64,000 nucleotides of DNA from Prorocentrum cordatum (taxonomy: Eukaryota): the NCBI GenBank assembly GCA_963575745.1, contig CAUYUJ010000181.1, positions 496,001 through 560,000 on the forward strand. The letters are read 5' to 3'. Below, one piece after another: positions 42,719 through 55,167 of this stretch (its first letter is position 1; each line of letters starts with the position of its first letter). The notes beneath the pieces are model-generated. The model was not told the DNA's origin. It saw only the letters and a list, made by a program, of their open reading frames with translations, and did not search any database. A program made the position numbers and the translations under genes.

Positions 42719-42950
42719 TTGAGCAGGGACCGACCGTCCTGGCATTCCTATAGCCCTACCACGACATGTTCTCAGAACAAAAACAATGTTCTTATAGCAT
42801 AACAACCCCGATGCGATAAAACAAGACAGACTCCGCCAGAAATGCTCTAAGAACATGTCGTGGAAGTGTTAAGAACATTTCGTGGAAACCACAAAAGGTT
42901 CTTAGAACATCGTTTGGTAGGGCTATAGGCGAGCCAGGACGCTCCGCCGC
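42719..42950. mobile_element. MITE family A copy
   Basis: TTGAGCAGGGACCGACCGTCCTGGCATTCCTATAG...GGTAGGGCTATAGGCGAGCCAGGACGC. Confidence 0.8.
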
Positions 42951-43005
42951 TTCGCGGCGCCAGGCTGGGTCTCAGCGTTCTGCTCCTCGCCCTCCTCGGA
43001 AGCCA

Positions 43006-43255
43006 GAGGCCTCCTACCATGGGGTCCGAGTGGATGGGGCCGTGGGATCGTACCGCATCGCCGATGCATCGACGACGCAGCGGCGACGCGGCGGTGCACC
43101 AGCGATGCACCGGCGATGCATCGCCGACGTCGGCGACGCATCGGCAACGCCGACGTGGAGAAAATCGGGCTCCACATCGAGCCGCATCGCCGATGCACCG
43201 GCGACGCGGTGCGATCCTCCGACCCCAGCTGCTCGGACCCCATCCTAGGAGGCCT
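43006..43255. mobile_element. Fold-back element with imperfect TIRs of about 75 bp
   Basis: AGGCCTCCTACCATGGGGTCCGAG... / ...CTCGGACCCCATCCTAGGAGGCCT, with internal ATCGCCGATGCA repeats. Confidence 0.75.
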
Positions 43256-43261
43256 ATAGAG

Positions 43262-43422
43262 TTAGGTCGGGCATATCACCCTACAGGCGGATCTTGGCCA
43301 AATGATACACCCAAGTCAAAAAATGCGACAACAGTGTCAGACAAATCAAACGTCGTCCCCATATCATTTGTGTACTTCCAACCTGTGAATCGTACTCCTG
43401 CAGAGGGGCACGCCCGACTTAA
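43262..43422. mobile_element. MITE family B copy (no TSD retained)
   Basis: TTAGGTCGGGCAT...GCACGCCCGACTTAA. Confidence 0.78.
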
Positions 43423-43878
43423 AGCTTCTCGGACCACATCTCATCGGGAGCGGTCCAGAGGGGGGCGTCCAAGAGGGGGGAGTGCAAATCATGACCGCCG
43501 GCGCGTGCGCGGCCCAGCGGGGGGACCCGGGACGCAACGAAACAAGAAGAGGCGCCACGAAATCTGGGGAGATATCATGGCCCACGCCATGATATCCACC
43601 CCCCCTAGTCATCACCCCCCTCTTTGCCGCCCCCGATCTCAGGAAGCCTCTATAGAGAGAGAGGTGCTCCTCCTCCCTTTCCGGTGCCCCGGACCTGCAG
43701 AGCCCCTGCCCCATCCCCGCGCGCCGCACCCCCGGGGGGCCCAGGGGGGGGGGGCAGGGGGGGCCAGCGCGCGGGCGGGCGCCGATTCGGCCACGCGCAG
43801 GGGAAGGGTCGGGGGAGGGGGGCAAGCTTCTCAGCAGCACCCCTGCTTCTTAGAGAAGGCGCCGGCCTTCTCTAATTT

Positions 43879-44088
43879 GGGCGCCCGAAGGGGGCACGGA
43901 AAGAATGGGCACAGTGCCTAACAACAAAGGTTGTGCCAGACCAACAGCGGCCGCCGTTGGGCAGGCGGCCTTCTGTCTCGAATGGACACAGGCCGCATGC
44001 GGCGAGGACAGCGAGTCCTGTTGAAACTGAGCAAGAACTGCTGTTGGGCATTGTGCCCATTCTGTCCGTGCCCATTTCGTTCGTGCAG
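43879..44088. mobile_element. MITE family G; a related element is nested at about 54035-54436
   Basis: GGGCACGGAAAGAATGGGCACAGTGCCTAACA / TGTTGGGCATTGTGCCCATTCTGTCCGTGCCC inverted repeats. Confidence 0.78.
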
Positions 44089-47000
44089 AACTCATCGATG
44101 TAAGGCCAGCAAGGCCGGCACCTTCTCAGAAGCCTTCCCCCCTCCCCCGACGCCCCTCTGCGCGCCGCCAGCCCCAGACATGCGACGTCCTGATTTTTTG
44201 CAGGACGGCGCCCCTGGAAGTCCCGACCCTTTCCCCGGGACCGGTTCTTCGTCCTGGGTCGCTTTTTGACGGCCCCCAGGCCCGGCGAGGGCCCCCAAGA
44301 GGGCCGAAACTAGCGAGAAACTTGCCGCCCTGATTTTTGTCACGACGCCACCGACCAGCCATAACTGGGGGAGCTGTGGCCTTTACCCCCCTGGGGAAAC
44401 CCGTCGCGTCGACGATCCCTCGAGAGGGGTGTCGACATCGATGGGCCCCCCAGCCCAGACCGCCGACGTCATGAATTTTTCATGACGTCGACCCCCAGCG
44501 GTCTGGACCCATCCCCCGGGACCGGTTCTTCGTCCTGAGTCGTTTTTTGACGGTCCCGAGGGCCGGTGAGGGCCTCCAGAGGCCAAAAATTATGAAAACC
44601 TCCCGTCGTGATTTTTTCATAACTCGAGGGGGTCTGGGAGGGGGGGTAAGGACCACAGCTCCCCCAGCTGTGGCTGGCCTGCGCTGTCACGTCTGGGGCC
44701 GATGGCCGGGCGCAGGCCCGGAGAGGAGGCGGCCGGCCGAGAGCCACAAAAAAAGGGCTGCGCCGGGGCCTGGCCGAGGCGAGCCGAGCCGACGGGGACC
44801 CGCCGCGCGCGGGGGAGCAGCGCGCTCGCGAGGGGGGGCTGAAGTCGAGGGGGGGCACAGCGGCGGCAAGCGAGGAGGAGGGGGAGGGGGAGGAGGAGGG
44901 GGAGGAGGGGGGAGGAGGGGGAGGAGGAGGAGGGGGAGGAGGGGGAGGAGGAGGAGGAGGAGGCAGGAGGAGGAGGAGGAGGGGAGGAGGAGGAGAGGAG
45001 GAGGAGAGGGAGGGGAGGAGGGGGAGGAGGAGGAGGAGGAGGAGGAGGAGGGGAGGAGGAGGAGGGAGGAGGGAGGAGGAGGAGGAGGAGGAGGAGGAGG
45101 AGGAGGAGGAGGAAGGAGGAGGAGGAGGAGGAGGAGGGGAGGAGGAGGAGGAGGAGGAGAGGAGGATGAGCAGGGAGGAGGAGGAGGAGAGGAGGAGGAG
45201 GGGAGGAGGAGGAGGAGGAGGAGGAGGCCCACTCCTCCTTCTCGCGTCTTCGTCGGCTCTCGGCGGTCTAGACCAGCCTCGGGATGCTTGCCAGCAGCTG
45301 CGCCTCGCCGAGGGCGCTCGGGGAGTGCAGGATCGTCCGAACGGCCGCCGGGGACCTGAGTCTTTAGTGAAGAACCGCACTCGGCGGCGCGCCCTGGGGG
45401 GAAGTGAGAAGGAGGAGGCCTTCTCAGAAGGCGGCGGGCTTCTCAAAAGCCCTCAGGGCCTCCTGAGAAGCTCTATGCGTCTGTGGAGAAGGCTCGGACA
45501 ACTTCTCAGAAGGCCGGAGGACTTCCGAGCCTTCTGAGAAGGCCCGCTCCCCCTTCCCCCCAGGCTGACCGCCGTACTCAGGCTGTACAGCTGTTGGAGC
45601 TCCGCGAAAAAAAGGCGGTGCAAGCCGGTGCGGAAGATGAGGGGAGCAGGGTGCAAGAAAAAAAGTATGAGTAGGGGCCCGCTAAGGCTGAGAGTAACTT
45701 CGCGGGCACGCCTCATCCCCGCTGTCCACCCCTCGCGAGTGTGGTCGAAGAGGAAGATCGGGGAAATGAGGGGAGCGGTAGGGGGGAAGTGGCTCAGAAT
45801 GCCGTCGATGTGTGTTTGTTGAATGCCGGCGTTTTTCCTCGATTTCGGCCCAAGGGCTACCAAGCATGAGTCCCTCTCTGGGGACACGTAGACAAACAAA
45901 ATCTGATGGGCGCATGGATCGACCCACCAGCGAACGCCCCATTGATCTTCAGCTGCATCGAGGGAAAACGTTCGAGGGAGACTAGTCCAGGGGGAAACGC
46001 TGACCTGGGATCGGCGATACATCGACGACAAGCCCCCGATGGCGAAACCTAACGTGCCCGGAGGGACGGGGGAATCGAGCCTCTATCGGCCATGAATGGG
46101 CGATAATGTGGTCGATGCATCCCCCTTCTGAGCCCCCTGAACGTTGGCCTTGCGGGGAGGGGGCCGAGACTGAGGCTGACTGGATCCAAGGGCTGCCCCA
46201 TGCGCTCGCCACGCCGGGCGCAATCAAGGAGCTCGATCCTTCCTCCGGCCCGGGGGGGGAGGGGGAGGAGCGGGAGTAGGGAGGTGGGCTCCATCCCTCC
46301 CGCCACCCTCCCCTCCTGCCCCTTCCTTCTCCCCGCCATGTCCCCGTGGCAGGCAGCCTCAGAAGAGGCCGTGCCGAGACGGGGTAAGTGCAGACGGAGG
46401 CCGAGCACTCCGTTCGGAATTTACTCCGCACGGACTTCGCACACCATCAGGAGAGGCCAAGCCCAGACGGAGAAAGCCCAGATGGAGACCGTGCAGTCCG
46501 TGCGGACTCGGCATCCTCCGAGCAGCCGTGATACTGGATAGTCTCGCTTCGGGCCCCTATGATTACCACAAGGGATCGCCGCCCAGGACGATTCTGAGGG
46601 TCCGGTCGCGCCCAGAGCGCCCAGAGCGACGAAAGAAGAACGGCCTGCTAGGCCAAGTGGACGGTTCCTTCTCAGAGACCTATGACCACCACGATGCAAC
46701 AGGCATCACGATGGGGCCCCTAAGGAAGTGTCGACGGGGCGGCGGAGGAGAAAGGAAGCAGCGCGGAGTACCGTGGCGCAGCTGTGAGCGACAGAAATCA
46801 GCCTTTGGCCGCGAAGAGCAGCAAGCAGCGGCGCTCACACTCTGACTCGCTCTCATTGAATCGGGCGCGGCGCGGTCCAACTCGGGTACTCACGAAGGGA
46901 ATTCCGGGGATGTCCGCGTCGAGCAGCTTGCATCCGAAACGATCGGCCTGTTCTTGTGGCCACCTGGGGACATCCACGGCGACGTCGACACCACGTCGCA

Positions 47001-48134
47001 GGGACTTCGCAGTCGTCTCCAAAGGAGGCCCCTTCCCCGCGATCCCTTCCCCCCGGAGGGAGGGGGTCCAAGGGGCGTGAGTGAGGGAAGGGAGGCCCCC
47101 CCCCCAGCTGGTCAAAGAAATTAGGTCATCTGATCCCTGTCGTCGGCTCTTCAGAGATTCAAGCGTTCTCACCGCTTCGGTCGCCCGGAGGGCACAAGAC
47201 GGGCCAGGAAGCCCTCGAGACTGGCCCGTGGTGACCCCGGAGCCCCGGCCCCCTAAGTGGGCCCCCCAGAAGGCCCCCACGAAGCTTCCAAATCAGGCGG
47301 CCGACCCGGGCGCGATTGAGGGATGTCCTTCCCATCCTCCTCCGCCCTGTCTCTCTCACCCCCCCGCTGAGATGCTGCTGCTCCTCCTCCCCCTGACTGA
47401 CTGACGCAGCGCTGCGCGGCACTCCACCCCCGCGCTCGCGCGCGACCGAAGGGGGCGCGGCGAACGCGGCAGCGGTACCCCCGGGCGCTGCCGAGGGTAG
47501 TTTCCATGGAAGGGCAGAGGAGAGAGAGCAACCGTAACATTCACTGACGTGCTCCTCCTCCTCCTCCTCCTCCTCCTCCTCCTCCTCCTCCTCCTCCTCC
47601 TCACGTGGATTCGCGGTGTTGAAGTCCCAGGAACCTTGTTCGGGCACGATTTAGAATTGTCAGGACGCAACAATCACGTTGATCTGCAGCGTTGAAATCC
47701 CAGGAACGTTGTGATGGCACGATTGACACTTTCCAGACGGTTGTCTTCTAATGAGCAACTTCCCGCAATGAAAGTACATCTCTTTAGGGCCATATGAAGA
47801 GGAACTTTGAGGGAGGGATGGTGTAACATCGTGGACGCACATTTGGTTTGCACTTTTCCTCCTCCTTTTCCTTGGCAGGCCGCAGAGCGAAGCAAAGCGT
47901 CAACGACAATGACCTCTTCCTCCTCCTGCTCTTAATAGGTGGCGACATCCGAACTCTACCCCCGACAATCATCGATTCTCCTGACTCGATGGAAGGTGGG
48001 GGGATAGTGTTCGGATTCCGGCACGCTCTCGCCGAATCCCCAACCCTACCCTAGCCGCCCCTCGAGTGGCCTGAATCGTTGATCGGCGAGGGAAGGGTTC
48101 GGATTTCGCTGCCGACTTCAACAAGCCGCAGAGA

Positions 48135-48305
48135 TATAAGAAAAAATCAGTATCAACATTAACTTTTGGCGCTCCTCGCGAATCTCTTGGATCCGCGCTG
48201 GACCCCCTCCCTGGCGCGCGGGGTGCGCCAGGGGGGGGCCCAACGCGGATCCAAGAAACCCGTGCGGAGCAACAGAAGTTTTGTCTCTGCCTCTGTTTTT
48301 CCCCT
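48135..48305. repeat. Family C-related element (shared GC-rich core, different ends); another at about 49237-49415
   Basis: Shares TGGACCCCCTCCCTGGCGCGCGG.G.GCGCCAGGGG with 12391-12589. Confidence 0.65.
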
Positions 48306-50812
48306 TCGAAGAGCGAAGGCTCCCAGCGACAGTCCTCCTGGTCCTCCTCTCCTCCTCCACCCTGTATTCCTCCTCCTCCTCCTCCTCCTCCTCCTCCTCC
48401 TCCTCGTCCTCCTCCTCCTCCTCCTCCTCCTCCTCCTCCTCCCATCCTCCCTCCTCCTCCCTCCTCCCTCCTCCTCCTCCTCCCTCCTCCTCCTCCTCCT
48501 CCTCCTCCTCCTCCTCCTCCTCCTCCTCCTCCGCCCTCCTCCTCCTCCTCCGGGGCCTCCTCCCCGTCCTCCCCCCTCCTCCTCCCCTCCTCCTCCTCCT
48601 CCTCCTCCTCCTCTCTCCTCCTCCTCCTCCCGCGTGGGGCACGGGCGGAGGCAGGCCGAGCGCCCCGAGGGAGGGAGGGGGGGCGCCCCGCGCCGCGCGC
48701 CGGCCCCTCCGCCCAGAGGGGGGCCCAGGGGCGCGCAGAGGAGCAGCCACAAAGCCCGCGAGGAGGAGGAGGAGGAGGAGGAGGAGGAGGAGGAGGATGA
48801 GGAGGAGGAGGAGGCTGACGACGAGGATCCACAATCGAGGATCGAAATGGAGAGGATGAGGAGGATGATACGGAGGAGGAGGATCAACGATCGAGGATCG
48901 GAGGGGTGAGGAGGGAGGAGGAGGAGGAGGAGGAGGATGAGGAGGAGGAGGAGGAGGAGGAGGGACGAGGAGGAGGAGGAGGAGCAGGAGGAGGAGAAGG
49001 CGGAGGAGGAGGACCCCGCACAGCGTCCCCAAACTTTCGGGGTTTCCGTCGCCCCGCCGCTTCCCGGATTGTTTTCCCCTATGTTCGGTGGGAGCGACGA
49101 GTCATTGTGTCTGTGTGTTTTTGTCCCCTCCTGATGAGACGCAGCCAAGGACGCAGACGACATCGGGCGAGGGTACATTGAGAATCGCTGAGATTTTCGG
49201 CGGCTCTCGAGGATATCTCGGGCGCCGCGGCCTTCTCTAACAGAAGAAACATCTCCGTAAACATCAACTTGTGGCGCTCCGCCTGGACCCCCCTCCCTGG
49301 CGCGCGGAGTGCGCCAGGGGCGGCGCCGGAGGCGCCGCCAGGGGGGGCCCACCGCGGATCCAAGAAATCCGCGCGGAGCGCCCAAAAGTTTGTGTTCATG
49401 GCTGTTCTTCTCCTTCGAGGCCCTCGAAGACGTACCGGGCGCCGTAGCCTCTTCAGAGAGCGACCGCTCTGGAACGGATTTGATCCTGGCCCCAGCCCCT
49501 CAGGGCCCCGTAGACCCGGACACCCAACATCCCTCCAAACCAATTTTCCCAAACGGCGGCACGAACAAATACTGCACTGCGGCATTTCCAGAATAAGCCC
49601 GGACACAGGCCACAAAAGCCTGCAAGACCCCCCCTAGCCCGGACACACATAAACCTGAACCCTGCAGTGCAGCGGGCAGAACGTGCACGGGTGCTGGAAC
49701 ACGTGACTCTGCAGGAAAGGACGTCGCTTCCTCAGTCTTCCGTGTCCTGGTTGATCTGCGTCCTGGTCTCCTCCTCCTCCTCCTCCTCCTCCTCCTCTCC
49801 GGGGGCCTCCTCCCCGTCCTCCACGTCCTCCTCCTCCTCCTCCTCCTCCTCCTCCTCCTCCTCCTCCTCCTCCTCATCCTCCCTCCTCCCTCCCCCTCTC
49901 CTCCTCCTCCTCCTCCTCCTCCTCCCCGTCCTCCTCCTCCTCCTCCTCCTCCTCCTCCTCCTCGTCCGACATTCCCCCTCCCGGGCGCGGCGCGGGCGCG
50001 GGGCCTCTGCCGCGCCGAGCGCCCGGCGGCGTGCGCTCCCGGCGGCGGCACGTCTTCATCCTGGCGCCCCGCCGCCCCAGCGCCGGCAAGTCGGGGATGC
50101 AGTGGGGGAGCGAGGAGCATCCTCCTCCTCGTCCTCCTCGTCATCGTCATCCTCCTCCTCCTCCTCCTCCTCCTCTCCAATCCTCCCTCTGCTCCTTCTC
50201 CTCCTCCTCTCTCTCCTTCCTCCTTCTCCTCCTCCTCCTGCTCTCCTCCTCCTCCTCCTCCTCCTCTCCTCCTCCTCCTCCTCCTCCTCTCACCCCCTCC
50301 TCCTCCTCCTCCTCTCCTCCTCCCTCCTCCTCCTCCTCCTCCTCCTCCTCCTCCTCCTCCCTCCTCCTCCTCCCTCCTCTCTCCTCCTCCTTCTCCTCCC
50401 CTCCTCCTCCTGTTCTTCCTCCTCCTCCTCCTCTTCTTCCTCCTCCTCCTCTCCTCCTCCTCTCCTCCTGCTCCTGCTCCTCTTTCTCCCCCTCCTCCTC
50501 CTCTTCCTCCTCCCTTTCTGCCAAGAAACTTTCCACAAGAAACCCAACACTGAGACCCCAGGACGTCCATTGATTGTTGGTGTGGGAACGTCAATCTTTC
50601 CATAGAAGAACCATCGAAACCCTGGAGGAAAGCAGGGCGTTTCTGGTGTTCCTTGGCATGGGCCTCCACTGTTAAGGAGGCGCGGCAAGGATGCGAGGTC
50701 CTGGAGTGTCATGCTGGCGTTTTCGACCGGTGCTGGCCAGCGAAAGTCGCCAAGGATGGGTCGAAGGGGCCAGGGGCCATGGTGCATGGGTGGCCTTGGA
50801 AAGCTGCTCATC

Positions 50813-51017
50813 CTTACTGTGCGACTTGGCTGCACGCGACGCGCAACCCACAGCGTGCTGACACCGAGCTCAACGCGCAGATTGAAAATGCACTTCTTCG
50901 CGGTGCTTTCGCCGAGACATCGGTCAACGCGTGCCGAGATGACACGCGGCGTGATGACACGGACGTCTTGAACACGGTACGTGTTGCGTTGCAAACGGGC
51001 GTATCAGGGCAGCTAAG
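50813..51017. mobile_element. Repeat family E, free copy (CTTA...TAAG)
   Basis: 205 bp. Its 3' part is homologous to the 204-bp element at 54961-55164 (GACACGGACGT..TGAACACGG.ACGTG.TGCG..ACGGGCGTATC). Confidence 0.7.
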
Positions 51018-51034
51018 GCTTGGCGCGTCTTGGG

Positions 51035-51233
51035 CTCATCATGGGCGGCGAGCGTGTCTACACCCATGCCCTGGCGATGTGGGCTCAAGGGCGCGACCCC
51101 GTGGATAAGTACGACCGGTTGCAATGGATACGTTCCGCGCGGGGCATCCGCGAATACACGCCCCGCATCTACAAGGTCGCGGCCCAGCGGCCCAGCCCGC
51201 GAAGCCGTGGATACGGATATGGTTCCCGCCCGA
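51035..51233. mobile_element. Repeat family D, free copy
   Basis: Homologous to the gene 1 intron 3648-3847. Confidence 0.75.
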
Positions 51234-52637
51234 GTCCAAAGAGGGAGATGAGGGGGAGTGGTACGGGAAGAGCTGGGAGGAGGGAGCCCAGAAAGGAAGA
51301 CAGAGAGGGAGGGATGACGATGAGGGAGGGAGGCGCGTCGGGAGGACAAGGCGAGGGACGAGGAGGACGGAAAGGGGGGGGGTATGGCGAGAAGGTTCGC
51401 ATCGCGAACCGAAGCTGTTTTGCAGGCGCCTTCGGCGTCTAGCCTCTCACACAGCGTGGTATTTTCCACAAGCTGTCCGTGCAACTGCTATCGTGTGTGC
51501 GAGAGGAGGGAAGAAGAAGGGATACTATCCTGCACCTTCTCCTACTCCTCCTCCTTTTTCGCCTCCTCCTCCCCATCATCACCGTCACCATCGTCAACAA
51601 CAGCACCAACCTTATCATCATCGTCGTCATCATCATCCGCACCATCATCATCGTCGTCATCATCAGCATCGTCAGCATGACGATGATGATGATCATCAGC
51701 ATCATGATCATCACAATCAACTGCATCACCACCATTGGACAATTATCATCAGCATCGCCATCGCAATCATCACCACCATCACCATGACTATGACCATTAC
51801 CATGAGCATGACCATGACAATTACCATCTCCATCACTAACCTCATCTACATCAGCATCAGCATCATCACCAGCATCACATTCGATATCATCATCATCCTC
51901 ATCAGCAGCATCAGCATCAGCATCAACTAATCATCAGCATCAGCAACAGTAACGTCATTATCATCATCAGCATCATTTCCATCATTATCAACACCATCAT
52001 CATCATCAGCATCATCATGATCATGATCCTGTGCCCGAGTCATACATCTGCACCAGAAGCAACCTCATCACCATCATCATAATACATCAACGGCAATGAT
52101 CTTGTGTCCAATCCGGGGAACTGGAGAATGCATGCTCCTCCGTCCGGTGTCCCTCCTGGTCCTCCTCTTTGGGTGTGTGTGTGTGGTCTGCGCCGCGGCT
52201 GATGCTAAACAAAAACTTCCTCCTCCTACCCTTCTTTCTCTCTCGCTCTCTTTCCCTCGAGCCTCATTCTTGGGGAGACGGACAGCTTACTGCTCAACCT
52301 CCAGCTCCACAAGTCTAGGCCTCCGACTACTCCAGGGAGCGCCTACTCCAACCGACGCCTCCCTCTCTCCTCCCTCCCGACCTCCCTTCTTCCCCCTCAC
52401 TCCTCTATTGGTTCCTGCTTTACGCTTTCTCCTCCTTCTGCACCTCCTCCTCCTCCTCCTCCTCCTCCTCCTCCTCCTCCTCCTCCTCCCCCTCCTCCCC
52501 CTCCTCCCCCCCTCCTCCTCACAGAAGCAATGGGGGAACTTGGGTGCAATGCACTGCGCCCGCGGCCGCGGCGGAGTGCCGTTAATTCCGTGAGCGAGCC
52601 GGTCCGCCAAGAGAACCTGTTGAACTCGAGGCTGGGC

Positions 52638-52787
52638 TTAGGTCGGGCGTGTCCCCCTACAGGAGGAATATTCAAAAATAGTCCGGAAGTCATGTGAGGA
52701 CGATTGGTTGACTGGTCTTGACCATGCTTGCATATGTTTGATATCTTCGGCAGAAAATCTGCCTGTAGGGGGACATGCCCGACCCAA
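52638..52787. mobile_element. MITE family B, 8-bp TSD, just downstream of the gene 3 stop
   Basis: TTAGGTCGGGCGTGTCCCCCTACAGG / CCTGTAGGGGGACATGCCCGACCCAA. GGCTGGGC at 52630-52637 and 52788-52795. Confidence 0.9.
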
Positions 52788-52813
52788 GGCTGGGCGAGCA
52801 CGCCCCGTCCTGC

Positions 52814-53543
52814 TCAGATCTGCAGGGAGAGCATGCAGGCGTCGGCCAGGTACTCCATCGCCTGGGCCGAGGGCGCCCGGCCCGCGCTGCCCTCCTCCTC
52901 CCAGGGCTCCGGGATCTTGTTGTGCCTGGCCACCGCCGAGGACTTGCTGCTGCCGGCGCGGCTGCACGCCGAGGGCAGCCGCACCCTCGGGGCGCTGCCG
53001 CTCGGGTCCGGGTCCGAGGCCCTCCCGGCCGTCTCGGCGCTGACGAGGCTGTCGCTGTCGGAGTCGCTGGGCACGTCGCGGCGGCGCTGCGGGCGGTCGT
53101 CGAAGACCTCCAGGATCTCCTCGTCGCCCGCCCGCTCGAAAGTGCCGGTGAGAAATCCTTCGGGCTGCTGTGGTTCGACCTCGGGCTCGGCGGCCTGCGG
53201 CTCCACCTCCGGAGGCTCACGGGACGCCCAGCCCTCGCCCTCTGCGTGCGCGCGGCTCAGGTGCCTCCACCAGAGCATCGCGACCACGAGCACACAGAAC
53301 ATGGTCACGGCACAGGCACCCAGGCTGGCGACGAAGAAGAGCACCCTCTCGTCCAGGGCGTTGATGCCACTGACGGCGGCGTCGTAGTTCATGGTCACCG
53401 TGGTGTGGGTCGCTGTGAGCGAGGTACCCGTCTGCGTGGTCGATGTTAGCGAGGTCTCTGTGGTGGCTTGCCTTCCGATGGTCGTGGTGAACAGGCGCGG
53501 TGCTCTGGTCACCTCCACGGCCTCGAGGTCCAGCCCGGAGCTC
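52814..53543 (-). CDS. Gene 3 exon 4: Thr-rich stalk, transmembrane helix and acidic cytoplasmic tail
   Basis: Acceptor ATCAG|G. Reads SSGLDLEAVEVTR...VLFFVASLGACAVTMFCVLVVAMLWWR...LSLQI*. Confidence 0.8.
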
Positions 53544-53781
53544 CTGATTGAGCAGGGACCGACCGTCCCGGCATTCCTATAGGCCTACCACGAAATATTC
53601 TTAGAACCCCAAAATGCTCTAAGACCAAAAACAAGGTTCTTGGAACATAAGCCCGATGTGTTAAAACAAATCAGTCCCAGCCAGAATTTGTCTAAGAACA
53701 TCTCGTGGAAACCACGAAAGGTTCTTGGAGCACTGTCTGGTAGGCCTATAAGCGAGCCGGGACGCTTCGCCACTGCTCGAC
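53544..53781 (-). mobile_element. 238-bp GT-AG intron formed by MITE family A, 5-bp TSD
   Basis: Element 53548-53780 has imperfect TIRs of about 40 bp. CCTGA at 53543-53547 and 53781-53785. Splicing restores FLRSSG. Confidence 0.85.
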
Positions 53782-53886
53782 CTGAGGAACTCCGCCCGCA
53801 GGGCGGCCTGCGGGCTTGCCGCCAGAGCCAGCAGGGCATCCGCGTCGGCCGCTCGCGCGATGATCAGCTCGTACGCGACCAGCACG
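53782..53886 (-). CDS. Gene 3 exon 3
   Basis: 105 nt, phase 2-2, VLVAYELIIARAADADALLALAASPQAALRAEFLR. Lies between two MITEs. Confidence 0.78.
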
Positions 53887-53892
53887 CTGGAG

Positions 53893-54741
53893 TCAGGTCG
53901 GGCACGCCCCCCACAGGCGGAGCTTAGACGAAAGATCACAAAAATAGTCGAAACGTGCTCCAAAACGGTGAGAAGCGTAGTCGAAAATTATCGTCTCCAG
54001 ACTGTTTTTTCTTATACTATTTTTGAACATCTTGGACGCCCGAAATGGGCACAGAAACAATGGGCACAATGCCCAACGGCAAATGTTGTCCCGAACCAAC
54101 AGCGGCCGCTGTTGGGCAGGCGGCCTCCTGTCTCGAATGGACACGGGCCGCGGCGGCGCGGACGGCGAGCCCTGTTCAAAATGGACAGGATCCGCTGTTT
54201 GTCATTGTTCGGTAGCCGGGCAAGGGATGCTAAATCCGTGGCTGCTAAAATCAATCTCCGGGAAGTTGTCTTCGTCCTTCCGGGAAGAAGCCCAGTGACT
54301 GTTTCGCGTACCGCGCCTCATTCCGGGAAGTTGTTTTTTCCTTCCGGGAGGGCCGTTTTAGCAGCCACGGTTTTAGCAGCCCTCGCCCAGCTCCCGAACT
54401 GTACCCACTCTTTCCGTGCCCATTTCGCTGGTGCAGAAACGCTCCTCCTGCAGAGGGACGTGCCCCAAAACCGTGAGAAGAGCAGTCAAACAAAAAAGTC
54501 GTCCCCAGACTGCCTTTTTGACTGGTTTTGCAAGGGCTCCCAATTTCGCGCTTCGCGCTCCGCGAAGCGCGAAGCGCGAATACCTTCGCGCTCTCGCGCC
54601 GACCCCCGGAGGGAAAAAAGAGGACGAGGAGGAGGGGGAGAAGGAACGAGGACCACAAAGCGCGAAGCGCGACTAACTTCGCGCCCTCGTGGGAGCCCTT
54701 GTTTTGAGCACTCCTCCTGCAGAGGGACGTGCCCGACTCAA
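53893..54741. mobile_element. MITE family B with nested insertions, forming gene 3 intron 2 (predicted 53887-54737), 8-bp TSD
   Basis: TCAGGTCGGGCACGCCCCCCACAGG / CCTGCAGAGGGACGTGCCCGACTCAA. CGCTGGAG at 53885-53892 and 54742-54749. Confidence 0.8.
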
Positions 54742-54955
54742 CGCTGGAGCGGCCGGCCGCTCCCCGCGGAGCTGCCTCGCCGAGCCGCCGCGTGGCGCCC
54801 CCGTCGGAGACCGCGAGCCTCGCGAGCTCCGAGGGCTCCACGCCGAAGGCCGCGGCGAGCACCCCCCGCCACAGGGCGGCCGAGCCGGCGTCGATGCCGC
54901 CGGCGGCGGAGCCGTCCAGCGTGGCGCGCACGGCCGACGTGAGCGCGTTGGTCTC
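54738..54955 (-). CDS. Gene 3 exon 2
   Basis: ETNALTSAVRATLDGSAAGGIDAGSAALWRGVLAAAFGVEPSELARLAVSDGGATRRLGEAAPRGAAGRSSV. The exact donor position is inferred. Confidence 0.75.
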
Positions 54956-55167
54956 CTCCGCTTATGCTGCCCCGATGCGCCGCACGCAACACGTGGCGAG
55001 TTTTGCTACGGAGCTCGACACGTGGACTGGTTAAACGCAGGTCCGACGCGATGCGTTGGCCAAAACGTGGGCCAAGACGTGGAGCCAACACGCAACGCAT
55101 CGACACGGACGTACTGAACACGGGACGTGCTGCGATTCAATACGGGCGTATCGAGACAACTGAGCTC
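54956..55167 (-). mobile_element. 212-bp GA-AG intron formed by family E, 8-bp TSD
   Basis: CTCCTCCG at 54953-54960 and 55165-55172. Splicing restores NISAE|ETNAL. Confidence 0.8.
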
